From NCBI GenBank assembly GCA_964016885.1, contig OZ024740.1, forward strand, positions 216,628,001 through 216,692,000: DNA of 64,000 bases. Direction: 5' to 3'. Under the pieces are notes generated by a model. It was not told the DNA's origin. It ran no database searches and worked only from the letters and a program-made list of their open reading frames with translations. The position numbers and the translations under genes were made by a program. Below, one piece after another: positions 10,782 through 25,621 of the stretch; position 1 is the stretch's first letter, and every line of letters starts with the position of its first letter. Origin of the DNA: Eledone cirrhosa (taxonomy: Eukaryota).

Positions 10782-12244
10782 ACACACACACACAAGTGTC
10801 AAAATCTTTCCTTGAAATAACATATACATATGTTTGTGTATGTGTGTGTATTATAAATTGTTTTCATTGGACAATTTATATTTGTGTGTGTCTATGTATG
10901 TATGTATGTTTGTGTATGTACTTATATCCTTGTTAATGTCTCTATTCATGTGTATTTGTGTCTCTATATCTGCTTATTAATGTCTGTATGTAGTGTGTTT
11001 GTGTATGTATGTGTCTTTATTAGTGTCTGTGTGTAGATGTGTGTTTGTGTATGTATGTATGTCTGTGTGTGTATTTCTGAGAGCAGTCAAACCATTACAT
11101 GTTAGAACTTGCATACATATACACACACACACATAATCTCTCTTCTCACACACACTTATACAAACACACACACACACACACACATACAAACACATACACT
11201 TTTAAAAACACACGCATACATACACACACACACACACACGTATACACTCACACATACACACATTTATCCAAACACACACACAAGCACATATACTTATACA
11301 CAAGCACATACAAGCATGTACACACATACATTCATATACACATAATCTCTCTCTTCTCACACACACAATCATATACACACACTTATACAAACACACACAC
11401 ACATATGGCTAGTACTGCTGAAACTTTTCATTTGTTCAAGACAATGTCACATAGTATAGAGGAGGAAGTTGTGTTTGTGTTGTTTATGGGGAGGCTAGCT
11501 AAGGAAGGGTTTGTGTTGGGTGAAAAAACAACACACCCCTCTCTTCCTCCTCACTTATATATATTTAAAAAGCAAGAAAGAGAGGAATGAAAGCTATATG
11601 GTATAAAGAAAGAGAGAGAAAGAGTGTGTGTTTTTCTGCCCCTGATAAAACTCCATTCTGTAAAGTTTTTGTGGCTGGCAGAAGTCTAAATATTGCCTTT
11701 ATTTTAGCAGTGGCAGTAGTAACCATGGGAGCACACAGCATTTATTAATGTCTGTTGTTTATAAAGCTGGCTGGTCTATGGCAGTTGACAACAGTTCATT
11801 AACTGGCCTGTATTGTTGTTCAGCTTCTTCCTCTTCTTCGTCTCCTCTTTCTGGCAAAGAGTTTTTCTTCTCTCTCCTCCCCCTCCTCCTCTCTCTCTCA
11901 CACCCCTCATCTTCCTCCCATCACAGAAAAGTAAACAACTCCAGAAGAAAGAGAGAAGAAAGAAAAACAACACAAAAGCAGACATAAAACAGAAAAAAAA
12001 AGAACACAAAAAACAATAATAGAAACAACAAAATGTTTAGGCAGGGTTTTAGGATTGGAAACATAATGCTTCAAACATCCTTTGCTCTCTAGTGTGTCAG
12101 GAGGTGGTGAGGATATTTATGTTACACATACATATATATATATGTATATACACACACATTATATTTATATAATATATATATATATATGTGTGTGGGTGTA
12201 TATATATATGTGTGTGTGTGTGTATATATATGTGTGTGTGTGTG

Positions 12245-12293
<49 letters not shown>

Positions 12294-13642
12294 ATGTATT
12301 GTGTGTTTGTGTATATATATATGTTTGTGTGTTAGTGTGTGTGTATTATAATTTTGGTTGTATACAAAACTTCTACACAGCTCCATCCATTACCAAGGCA
12401 ACCAGAGTTGGCTAAATAAATAAAAAGCTGTATGTGGTGTAAGGAAGGTGGGGTAAGAAGGGCAGTTATGTACAGAAAGTTTGGGGGGAGTGTGTGTATG
12501 AGAGGAGAACATACATGTATGTGTATGTGGCAGAGGAGTACATATGTGTATGTGTATGGGAGAGAACACATATGTATGTATGTGTATGTGTGTGTATGTG
12601 GGAGAGAATGTATATGTATGTATATGTGGGAGAGAATAAATATGTATATGTGTGTATGTGTGTTGGAGATAACATATATGTGTATGTGTATATGTGTGTA
12701 TGGAGGGGGGGGTAGGAGAACATATATGTATGTAAGTTGTTTGTTTGTGTGAGAACATGGTGTGGGAGAGAGAGAGAGAAAACATTTTGTGTTGGTGATG
12801 GAGGGGAGGATTGTGGGGGAAGGGATTTAGATGGTTGCAAGAGAAAATGGCAAAAACACACAAAAAAAAAATATGAAAAGGGTTTTTTGTTATGTTATTG
12901 CTATGTTTTTTTTCTTTGGTTTTATTTAATTTTTGGTCAAGTTCTCAGGTTGTATTTTGTTGGGTAGGTCAGTTGAGCTGAAAGGTTTAAAGGAGTGCTA
13001 ACCACACATCAGCTGGCTCTGTGTTATAGTTAGGTATGTATGTTTAAGTGATTTTGTAAGCAGTGTATACCCCCTCACCACACTCTCACTCACTTTTTCT
13101 CTCCATGTCTCATATATATGTAATGCATGTATGCTCTCTCTCTATCATTGTCTTTTTCTCCATGTCTATGTGTATATATATATATATATATGCATTCATT
13201 TTATTAAGGCTGAATGGTGAGTCTTGTTACTCTACTTCAGTATTGAGTACTCATTTCTCTTAGCTGTCAACCACATATGGATATATATATGTAATGTGTG
13301 TGTGTGTATATATATACATATATATGTATATAAGTAATGTATATATATATATATATATATATACATAATGCATGTGTGCATGTATATATGTAATGTCTTT
13401 ATATATATATATACACATATATATATATAATTGTTTCTACTTTAGGCACAAGGCCAGCAATTATTTCAGGGTATAACGGGTACTTTATTTTATCGACCCC
13501 ATAAGGATGAAAGGCAAACTTAACCTCGGAGGGATGTGTGTGTGTATATATATATATATGTATATAAGTAATGTATATATATAATGTGGTATATATGTAA
13601 TATGAATATATATATATATATATATATATAAATATATAAGTA

Positions 13643-13685
<43 letters not shown>

Positions 13686-14046
13686 GTGTGTGTTGTTTAC
13701 TGTTCTATATTTTATGCATATGTGTGAGTTCAGAGGTGAATTAAGTTCCTATACTCCAGACAACCTCTGCCACATACTTCTTGTTTATTCATTATCCCCT
13801 GGAAAGATCAAATTTCCTTTGCCATTTTTTTCATCTGAGTACTTATAAGTAATATATACATACATTCATGCATTTATATATATGTTTGTGTGTGTGTTTC
13901 TACACACACTTACTTTATCTGTATAGTTATATATAAGCCTGTTGATTTATGTATGTAGGCTTATGGCTATTTTGTAAATATGTTAATGTAGATATGTATT
14001 TGGAGTCACACACAATTTATATATGTTTGGAGTCATATATATATAT

Positions 14047-14081
<35 letters not shown>

Positions 14082-15009
14082 ATACATATAAACATGTATT
14101 TGTGTCTTAGTGTCCCCCCCCCCCCCTCTCTGTATGATTACATGTGGATATATCTTGTTATGAATGTTTTGTATTGTATTTCCATTTCCATCTAGGAAAC
14201 ATTGTAGGAGTATTTATTGATTTCAGTACTTCACTGGTGTTTTTATTACTTTTATCATAGCTGTCAGTGACTAGGGCATCACTGTTTCATAACTGGATGA
14301 GGTGAAGCAGTGTGTAATGAAGGGGACACTTTCAGGTAGGTTAGATAGAACAGTTTTTGATGTATATGGCCCATCCCAGGGTAGGTGGCTCTGTGTGGGA
14401 TTTTTGAGAGTATTCATGGTGTAGCAATATATGAGGGTGACAGACTGGGGAAATTCAGTGATTGTATTTGTTAACATTTACACTGAAATATGGATATGTT
14501 TATGTTCTTTATAACAATGATCATATTATATACTTATAGAAACTAGTTAATCTTCCTGGCGGTTGAAGTAGTTTATTTGTCTAAATTTTAGGCATGATTT
14601 CTATGACTGGATTCTCTTCCTAACATCAGCAACTTTACAGTTTATATTGGGTGTATTTTATTGTGGCACCAACACTAGAGAAGTAAAGTCCTCATCAAGG
14701 CTAAAATGTCCTTTCTATCCTATATTATCTATGTTGATTTGTTAACCAATTTATATAATGACATTTGTATAAAAATAAAAAAAAAAGAATCTCAGTGAAT
14801 TGACATTTCTCTCTTAGAGAAAGAAACTATAAAAACTAGCAGTAATTCTTAGAAACTCTTCAGAAAAAAAGGGAAGATAATGTCAAGAAATACTTAATTT
14901 TACAGAATTACTTTATAGATTTAGCAAAACTATGGAGAAATTTTAGTGTTATTGGACTTTATTAGCATTGTATACTCGACTGAAGTCTGTATTTATCAAT
15001 CTACAATAG

Positions 15010-15260
15010 TTATCATCATCATCATCATCACTGTTTTTACATCAGCTTTTCCATGCTTTCATGGGTCCTTTTCAGCAGAGCATCACTCCACTTGTCACAT
15101 TCCTTTGTCATCTCCTCTGCCAGTCTTAGCGATTTGTGGTCTGCTTTCACAATCTCAGCCCATGTCTTTCTTGGTCATCCTATACAGTGGCTTCCTTCCA
15201 CTGGGATTTCTTGGCATTTCTTCACCCATCGTTCATTGTCCGTGTGCATCACATGTCAAT
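15010..15260 (-). mobile_element. decayed RTE 3' end
   Basis: Reverse strand gives ACATGTGATG...CCAAGAAAGACATGGG...GCAGACC...(GAT)n. Confidence 0.65.
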
Positions 15261-15535
15261 ACAATATGACTTTGATGCCTTTGAAATGTACATAATAGGT
15301 GTGATATAATAAACTGAAGTTGAGAATGTGATATCATCTCTCTTTCTTTTCTTAATATTGATACTCCATCTGATACCATATGCATAATACCTTTATGGTA
15401 CCCACAGTGTGGAGTACTTATGTCTGATTACTCTCTAGGTGGTCATTTGCTTGGGTCAACCAACACAGCTTCTCAAAATATATATATATGTATATAAACT
15501 ATTGTAGGTTGAGAGAAGCAGACTTTATATATATA

Positions 15536-15941
15536 TTACCCAATTACACCTCTCAAAGGCGATGACACACGACCGTGACCACTGGCGTCACGCAGTAATA
15601 CAGAGTACCCGACCTCCCATGGGTACAAGCTGAAGCATATAGACAATATGCCCCCACACCCTCCTACTGCAAAGTGGTCGTGGGGGTGCCACGGCAAAAA
15701 AGCACCCAGCCCACACTGTAAAGTGGACGTGTAGGCGCGACGGAAAAAAGCATCCAGCACTCACTGTAAATGAGGTTGGTGTTAGGAAGGGCATCCAGCT
15801 GTAGAAACCAAGCCAGATTCAGTTCCCGTATGAGCAAGACAAGGTCAGCTGACCGGACACTGCCCACAACAGGACAACCCGTCTAACCCATGCTAGCGTG
15901 GAAGAACGGACGTAAAATGGTGATGATGATGATGATGATGA
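15536..15941 (+). mobile_element. RTE LINE 3' end (same subfamily as 21695-24203)
   Basis: Near-identical to 23804-24203; starts directly after (TA)n and ends in (GAT)n. Confidence 0.92.
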
Positions 15942-16006
15942 TATATATATATGGTCACAGTTCAAAGACTGGAGTACTTGAGGCATATTAAGTTGTATAG
16001 TAGATA

Positions 16007-16190
16007 TGCGGAAGGGTCGGCTGAAAAAAATCATAGGCTTACTATAAAGAATTGATGCTAGAGCTGTGAAATCTTGCATGCATTAATTTCAACTCTTCTT
16101 ATTAATAACGGCATTTTTGAAAGGTAAACCTCATTTGGTCATTTCATGAGAGTATCTTGGTCAGCATATGAACTTTTCAGCTGACCCTCA
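16007..16190. mobile_element. Tc1/mariner-type MITE
   Basis: TA on both sides; imperfect TIRs AGGGTCGGCTGAAAAAAATCATAGGCT / AGCATATGAACTTTTCAGCTGACCCT. Confidence 0.7.
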
Positions 16191-18913
16191 TATAGATATA
16201 ACGTATAGTGCCAATGGAGGGCCCTATACCATATACATATATATATATTGCTTCTAGATTACTTCCTCATCCTACTGAGAAATATTAGTTAATTAACAAA
16301 GTTTTGTATACATCACCACCTTAACTTATTTCCTATAATTATTTATAGTTCACCTTTCTTGTAAAGAAGTTGTTATCATCAGCTTGTTCTTGTGTTGTTT
16401 CTCTTCATTACTTTTATAATTACTTCCTGGGGGCATATGCTTTACTTCTAAACAAAACTTAGCTGATTTTTGGTTTTCTTTTACCATGTACTTGGAAAAG
16501 AACATTTGTTAAATGTTGTTGGATTGCACCTCCATTTTACATACAACTTTTACAATAAAACAAACATTTTAAGGCCATTTTCCCCTGCTACAACAGGCCC
16601 CATGGTGAGCTTAATACTCATTGTGGGGGTCATTTTATGACCAGATGTCCTTCCTAGTACCTATTTCAAACTAGATACACACAGAACATACAACATTACA
16701 GCATATATGGCATGGTATTGTCCCGTAACTCCTGAGGGAGTCGTTGGGACACCATATTGACATACGGTACTTCTTGGGTATTTCTAAACCTGGCAGAGCC
16801 CATCCCTCTCCAGGTTTGAATACAGCAGATTTCTTGCAGATAAGGATAGAGAGAGTGAGAGAAAGGAAGTGAAAAAAAAATATAGAAGAATTGACTCCAG
16901 TATTAGACTGGTACTTTTTTATAAACCTCGAAAGGATGAAAAGCAAAATTGACCTCGGTGGGATTTGAACTAGAGAACAGAGAATCGAAATGCCAGCTAC
17001 AGCATATATAATGTACCATATATTTTGAAAATTGGTTTTGTAGGTACAGCAGATATGTATTGGTTTTTCATGTCATATTTTCATAGGAAAAGGTGTAATT
17101 TATACATAAGTATATATATGGTAACTTGCAGAACATTGTACTCAGCACTTTTCAAGTTTGTTTGTAAAGTGCATTGAGCTTGAAACTCTTGTCTGTCTCC
17201 TCCCCCTCCCCCCAGTTTCTTCTGTTTGCACACCTAAACCTATATGTAATGGGCTTCCTTAAAGTTTTCATCTACCAAATTCACTTACTAGGCACTGCTA
17301 CCAAAAACAGATCTTTTGTTGAGTAAGGCATATAAAATTGTTGCTCTTGAGTATTGCTTATGAATTGAACAGGTGTATTTGTTAAGCAGTATATAGATTC
17401 ACTTTAATGTCTGTTTGGTTTGAATGCAGCTGTTTTTGGTGTTTTAAGAGATGTTGTGGCTGTTATAAAATGCTATGCATCATATATTTATGTTGAATGC
17501 TTGGAAATATTATGTTTAAATAGAAGATTCCTCACAAAGAGAATTTTGGAGAAATTGTGGATTTGACTATACATAATCAGCAGCAGCAGTATAGTGATTT
17601 AATGACGCATGTGTGTATATATTAGACTTTGTCACAAGTAGTTAACTAACTATTAATTGTTAACATCCTGTACCACATGGAATCACATTAACAACACTTC
17701 CTTGATAAAGAAAAAAAACAACATTAAGACTACATTGCATTAAAATGTAAAGTCTTTACTCTAATACTGAACATTTTCAGAAAGATATGTCAACTAGTAA
17801 ATTTAGTGTAATCAACTGAGTTAACCTGTTTTTAACTATTTTATGTTAAGTTATTACACTATGTTAAGAATTAATTTCATTTGTTTTTGTGAATTGTTTT
17901 GAAGATTCTAGGAATAGAATCACAATCTTTAATGAAGACAACCCTAGGTTAACATTAACTTCAACTTAACCAGTTTAGGATAAGACGGTATCAGAGGTCA
18001 GGTACCGTTTTAGTTATAGGGAGCAAATTACAAGTGTATAAGGATTTGTGGGTTGCATTATTGTTGAGGAAATATAGTTTTATTTTATAAATTCATAGCT
18101 GTAAAATGGCAGTGTTGGTGTCACAACAAAACATGCCCATTCAACACTGTAAAGTGGTTGGTTTGAGGCCACAATAAAAAGCACCCAGTCCACACAGTAA
18201 ATGTGGTTGGCATTAGAAATGGCAACCAAGCCAGAAACAGTTCTGTATAAGCAAGACACAGTCACCTTATCTGACTTGTCTCAGGATGTCAGGACTATAT
18301 ATATATATATGTCAAACTATATATATATATAGTTTATTGGTGTGTAACATTTAGTTAGTATTGGTTTACCAGTTTAAGCACTCAATGCCAATGTGGTATT
18401 GTCCAATGTATGAATACAACAAGGGCTACCAGCTATTGAATTCTAATTCAAAAATTCTCACTCAACTCTTGCCAGTATAGAAAGACAGGCATGAAAATGA
18501 TTATGGTGGTGGTGGTGGTGGTTATTATCATCATCATCATCATCATTTAATGTCTAATTTCCATGCTAGACAAGTCAGATAAAGTGACTGAGTCTTGCTT
18601 ATACATATCACCATTGACTTTCCATGGTGTATGGGTTGAATGGGATGTCAAGAGCTGAGTGGACATAGGGAGTTACTGCCCTTCTTGACAGGTTGGAGCA
18701 CTGAAGTTCTCTCCTACATTCCAGTGTGTGAAGACTCACATATATGATATATGTGTATAATATGAATTTTCATATATTTATGTATATAATTTTATACAAG
18801 TTAGGTTTCAGTTTTTAAGCTGTGACCATACTGTGGCACACATAATATTCATATACACATATGCATATATATATATAAATATAAACATAAATACAAATAC
18901 ACACCCATTTGTG

Positions 18914-18954
<41 letters not shown>

Positions 18955-19304
18955 TCAAACATACATACTCTCATATTTGAGAAATAAGTGTACTTAACAC
19001 AATATCTATTGCATGCCTTTTCCTAATTAGCAAGGACTATCTTCATATGCCTTTACAAAAATATTTACATAAGCCAGCACACATAAACACTCACACACTC
19101 ACTCTTATATAAATATCTTGTATGTGTGTGTGTGAGTGTGTATATATATATATATATTACATATATATATATATGTGTGTGTGTATGTGTATGTTTGTGT
19201 ATATATATATATAGATATATATATATGTGTGTGTGTATGTGTATATATATATAGATATATATATATCTGTGTGTATGTATGTTTATATATATATGTGTGT
19301 GTGT

Positions 19305-19366
<62 letters not shown>

Positions 19367-21657
19367 AATTAATGACTTTATAGAATGTTAGATAAAGCAG
19401 ACAGGGTCTTTTCTTTACTTGTATCAACATAATTGTTTTAATGTACTCAGAAGTTGTTTGGTAAATTTGCATGTAGGTATGTGGTATTTCAGTATATTTT
19501 ATACACCTTTATGTATAGATACTCCTATCTCAATGTATTTTACACACACCCACAAGTCCCATGGATATTGTATATTTGTTTTATATCATTTCTTTTTTTC
19601 AAATCATTCATAAGTATATATACAGCCATAAGGTTCACAGCCATAAGGTTCAGGGTTCGATTCCACCCAGCTCATTATGTGTGTTAGTATGTGTGTAATA
19701 TGTATATACATAAATATAACATAATCACCATAGTAGTACTCTATGCACAGGAAGAAGCAGAGTTGATAGTAGATATATAGGAAGGTAAAAATCTGACCAT
19801 GATGCTTAGTAGTTTTGGTTTTTTTACCTTCTTTTATAAGGAAAAGAATAAGTGGGCGAAGAAGGAAAAGAAAGTATCGTTGGAGATAGAGTTTCTTGCT
19901 ACCCTTCACTGAATATTCCAGACAATAATTCAGAGTTGTGAGAATGGCCTATGTAAATGGGGCTCCTCTTAACCAGGAAACAAGTACTCTTCCCTTGGTA
20001 GATAAGGTAATCCTGGATTTGTGGTGCTCTTTGTTTGGCTAGTCAAAGATAACTGTCTCCTCCTATTGGACCATCTTATTTCACTTGTCATATATATACT
20101 TCTGATTTCCTTAACTGGTTTATCACTTCAGCATAAATCCATGTCATTTGTAATGTCCCTTTTACCTGTTCCCGGCAAATGAGATTGTTATTATTATTAT
20201 TATTATTAACTTTATTCTTTAATTGGTTTTAGTCATTACACTGCAGCCATGCTGGCGCATTGCATTGAAGAAATTTAGCTGATCAGATCAACCCTAGTAT
20301 TTATTTTTTCAAGTCTGTTACTCATTTTATTGATCTTGTTTTGTCAAACTACTAAATTTAAAGGTCATTAACAAACAGTAAATACAAACACACACACAAT
20401 TGCATACAAACATATGACAGGCTTCTGCATAGTTTCTGTTTACAAGATTTGACTCACAGGGTATTGTTATGTCTATAGTAGAAGAAACTTGCTGAAACTG
20501 CTTTGCAGTAGTAGTGAACCCCGAGACCACATGGTTGTGAAACAAGCTCCTTACACATACAACCATATTTGTGCTTGTGTTTATTTCATTTCCAAAGACT
20601 AGCAATGCCAATCCTGCTGTTCATGTTTTTTTATGATCTAATATATAATTTTGTTCATGGACTTTGGCCAAAAGAAGTCATTTCTTAGCACACACTTGTT
20701 TAACTTTTAATGACATGTATTTCATGAAACCACTTTAGCAAGACATTTTCAAGAAGTGCAAAATGGTACTATGACTGCAACAAGAACTAAAATGTTTTGT
20801 TTGCTGCAAATGTTCACAATGATCTGACCACTTGTAAAAATACAATATTTGAATTAACAATTCTGTGTTTAGATATTTTCTTCTAAATCATTACAAAATG
20901 TTAAGAGTTAAAAAAACCCTTTATTACCATATTACTAATAAAAGACACTAGCTATGATGTTCAAATGATTTTGAAAATAACCAAGAATTTATAGGTATTT
21001 AGTAATATATCTAATTTTCTCATTATTAAGCTGCTGTCTGGAACATAGCTTAACAAAGGTTATTACATGAAATTATATTGTAAGGTATCATAGAACCAGG
21101 TCAATTTCAGACTTTTTCGTATCAAAAGGGTTAATTTGATGAGTTTAAACACTGAGTTTTGCCTGACACAAACCACAAGTTTTCTTAATTGTTAGAATTT
21201 TCTGTTGACTAAATCAAATACCAGTAATACCCTCCAGTTATAATTCAATGTACCTAATCCTTCTGTGAAAAGGAGACATTTTTATTTTCAAAAATCATTG
21301 TTTTTATAAGCAGTAGTAGAACTGGACATTTGTTAACTGATACAATTTTGTAGCTAAGCTACTCTAGTCTCAGAATTGTTCACAACTATTCTTCTCTCAT
21401 GTGTGTGACTGTAGTAAACACACACACATGCACACATTCTAGTCAGTACATATAGGCACACTTATACACCATAAGTACACTTACACAAGTAAACACACAC
21501 ACTTAGACAATAAGTACACACACACATACGCATGCCATAACATATATAGCATATATATATATATATATGCTAGCGTGGAAGATAGACGTTAAATGATGAT
21601 GATATATTCATATATATATATATACACACACACACACCCTAACAGACATAGCATCTA

Positions 21658-21693
<36 letters not shown>

Positions 21694-21694
21694 C

Positions 21695-24203
21695 AACAGA
21701 TTTAAAGATATTTTACTCAACGCCTACGACAGTAAAGAAGAACAGATAGAGATATTCAATGTAGAAGAGCACTGGCAGTTCCTAAAAAATAACTTATTAG
21801 AGGTGACGGATGAGATCTGTGGCTGGAGTAAGACCACAAGCAGGAGGAGAGTGACTTGGTGGTGGAACAATAAGGTAGATGAGGCAGTTAAAGCCAAGAG
21901 ACAAGCATGGAAAGAATGGAAGAATGGGGGAAGCAGGGTACATTACATCGAGACCAAGAGGGAAGCTAGGCAACAAGTATACTTAGCTAGGAGGGAAGCA
22001 GAGGATAGAAAATTCAAGCAGGTTTTGCAACATGAGGACCAGAAACAGGAGGTGTTCAAGATTGTGAGGCAGTGTGTCAGAGAGAATTGTGATGTCATTG
22101 GAGAGAAGTGTATCCGGAATGATAAAGGTGAGCTTGCCCTCACAATTGCTAAGAAGAAAGAAGCATGGAAGAGCTATTATGATAGATTACTAAATGAGGA
22201 GAATGCATGGGAAGAAGAGACCCTACCCCAAGTAGACCCTATAGAGGGGCCAGCAGTAGAAGTCAGCAGCAGCGTAGTAAGTAAGGCAATCAAAGATATG
22301 CACATGGGGAAGGCAACAGGTCCATCGGGTATAGCTGCCGAGATGCTGAAGGCATCTGGGTCTGTAGGTCACACTATAACCACATGTATTGTTAACCAGG
22401 TAATACTAGAAGGTGTCATACCAAAAGATTGGTGCAGTAGCATCATTGTCAACTGCTACAAAGGTAAAGGTGATGCACTAGATAGAGGAAACTATAGAGG
22501 TATAAAGCTGATGGACCAGGTCATGAAAGTAACAGAAAGAGTTATAGCACAGTTGATTAGGGACCGGGTGAAACTAGATGAGATGCAATTTGGGTTTGTA
22601 CCAGGAAGAAGCACCAATGATGCCCTCTTCCTTGTGAGGCAGTTACAGGAAAAGTACCTAGCTAAAAGTAAGCCACTCTACCTGCCATTCGTCAATCTCG
22701 AGAAAGCCTTTGACAGAGTTCCACGTGCTATAATCTGGTGGGCTCTTAGAAAACTAGGAGTAGATGAATGGCTTGTGAAAGCTGTACAAGCCATGTCTAG
22801 GGGAGCAGTCAGCAAAGTTAGGATTAGCAATGAGTATAGCGAGGAATTTAGTGTACACGTTGGTGTCCAGCAGGGCTCTGTTCATCATAGCCCTGCAGGC
22901 AATAATGGATGAGTTTAAGACCGGATGCCCATGGGAACTCCTGTATGCAGATGACCTCGCATTTATAGCTGAATCTATGGTAGAACTAGAGAAGAAATTC
23001 CAAACTTGGAAGCAGTGACTAGAAAGAAAGGGTCTCAAAGTTAACATGACAAAGACTAAGGTCCTTGTAAGTAGACGAGAAAACAGAACCCAGATCCCCT
23101 CAGGGAAATGGCCTTGCTCAGTATGTAGGAAAGGTGTAGGTAGGAACTCCATTCTCTGCCCCAAATGCAAACAATGGGTACACAAGAGATGTAGCAGGAT
23201 CTTAGGAAGCTTAATTAAGAATGTAGGCTTCACATGTAGCAGCTGGGCTGGGACAGCAAACAGCCACAGGAAACAAGTACCACCAATCTCTGCGAGGGCT
23301 CTGTAGAAACAGTAGACAGCTTCTGCTACCTAGGTGACCGAATTAGCAGCGGAGGTGGGTGTTCAGAAAGTACAATAACTAGGGTAAGAAAAGGATGGAA
23401 GAAGTTTAGGGAACTACTGCCACTGCTAGCTGCAAAAGGCTTTTCCCTCAAAATGAAAGGCAGACTGTATGATGCGTGTATACGAACAGCAATGTTACAT
23501 GGTAGTGAGACCTGGGCGTTGAAGGTGGAAGACTTACGTAGATTAAAAAGAACGAAGCCTGCATGCTCCGATGGATGTGTAATAGTAATATACGCGAACG
23601 GCAAAGCATAAATGAATTGAGAGAGAGACTGAGCATAAGAGGAATCAAATGCTATGTGCAGGAGAGGCGGTTGCATTGGTATGGACATGTGATGCGTATG
23701 AAGGATGACAGCTGCATAAAAAGGTGCAGAGCACTAGAAGTCATTTGAAACCGCAGAGTGGGGAGACCCAAGAAGACCTGGGATGAGGTGATAAAAGCCG
23801 ACCTTACCCAATTACACCTCTCAAAGGCGATGACACACGACCATGACCTCTGGTGTCACACAGTAATACAGAAGACCCGACCCCCCATGGGTACAAACTG
23901 AAGCATATAGACAATATGCCCCCACACCCTCCCACTGCAAAGTGGTTGTGGATGTATCACGTCAAAAAAGCACCCAGCCTACACTGTAAGGTGGACGTGT
24001 AGGCGCGACGGAAAAAAGCACCCAGCACTCACTGTAAATGAGGTTGGTGTTAGGAAGGGCATCCAGCTGTAGAAATCAAGCCAAAATCAGTTCCTGTATG
24101 AGCAAGGCATGATCAGCCGATCAGATACTGCCCACAACAGGACAACCCGTCTAACCCATGCTAGCATGGAAGAACAGACATAAAACGGTGATGATGATGA
24201 TGA
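21695..24203 (+). mobile_element. 5'-truncated RTE-clade LINE: reverse transcriptase pseudogene with Cys/His (PHD-like) finger and 3' UTR
   Basis: ORF motifs TWWWN, KATGPSGI, YKGKGD..DRGNYRGIKL, QFGFVPGRST, LEKAFDRVP, GVQQGS, LLYADDL, C..C...C..C..WVHKRC, WYGHVMR; frameshift near 22880 and stop near 23016; (GAT)n tail; no endonuclease domain. Confidence 0.95.
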
Positions 24204-24386
24204 CATATGTGTCATCAGATGAGATTTTGGTTTTGCTTGATTAACAGGTCTGGTGAGCAGATTGAACTGGAGTCAGTTCTATAACATTAATATAGATCCT
24301 GAGCCACCCATCTATGAAACGGTCGTAATTGTGCATAATCAATAATGACCTTAATGTGAAACCTCATTCTATTCTTAATATCTCTC

Positions 24387-24431
<45 letters not shown>

Positions 24432-24457
24432 AGAGAGAGAGAGAGAGAGAGGGGGGT

Positions 24458-25178
24458 ATGGAAAAATGTGTATGCAGTAGATGTACAGGGAAATTTGACA
24501 GTAGAATTCGCATTGATAGACACATTTTTCAAATGCAGGTAGGCTCTATAGAAGTGGTTGATAGCTTCCGGTACCTAGGTGATCAGATTAGCATGGGAGG
24601 GGGGTGTTCTGAGGCCATAGTATCTAGAATAAGGATGGGTTGGAAGAAGTTTAGGGAGCTGCTTCCTCTGCTGACGAAGAAGGGTTTCTCCTTGTGTATG
24701 AAAGGCCAGTTATATGATGCCTGTGTGAGGTGCGCAATGCTGCATGGTAGTGAGACATGGGCGCGATGCTGCAGAGGATATGTGGCGGCTGGAGAGAAAT
24801 GAAGCAAGCATGCTCCGTTTGATGTGCAGTGTCGATGTACGTGAACGACCCAGCATGGATGTGTTGAGAGAGAAACTGTGTATAAGAGGGATAAGTTGTA
24901 GTGTGCAGGAGAGAAGACTGCGATGGTATGGACATGTGATGTGCATGGAGGATGACCGCTGAGTAAAGAAGTGTCAATTAATGCCTGTTGAAGGAAGACG
25001 CAGTAGAAGAAGACCACGAAACACGTGGGCGGAGGTGCTGAGAGCAGACCTCAGATCGCTGAAGCTCACAGTGGAGATGACGAAGGACTGTGACAAGTGG
25101 AGAGATGCTGTGCTGAATAGGACCTTCCCCACCCTCGCAAGCTGGGAAAAGCGGACGTAAGAAGAAGAAGAAGAAGAT
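24458..25178 (+). mobile_element. RTE LINE 3' portion, second subfamily
   Basis: VVDSFRYLGDQ...GWKKFRELLPLL...HGSETWA, then a frameshift to RLERNEASMLR...RRLRWYGHVM; (AAG)n tail. Confidence 0.9.
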
Positions 25179-25225
25179 GATGGTGGTGGTGGTGGTGGTG
25201 GTGGCGGCGGCGGCGGCGGCGGTGG

Positions 25226-25621
<396 letters not shown>

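Noticed and set aside
21593-22912. 439-aa ORF as a functional reverse transcriptase gene
   Set aside because: The start lies in a (GAT)n/(TA)n tract, the endonuclease is missing, and a frameshift precedes YADD.
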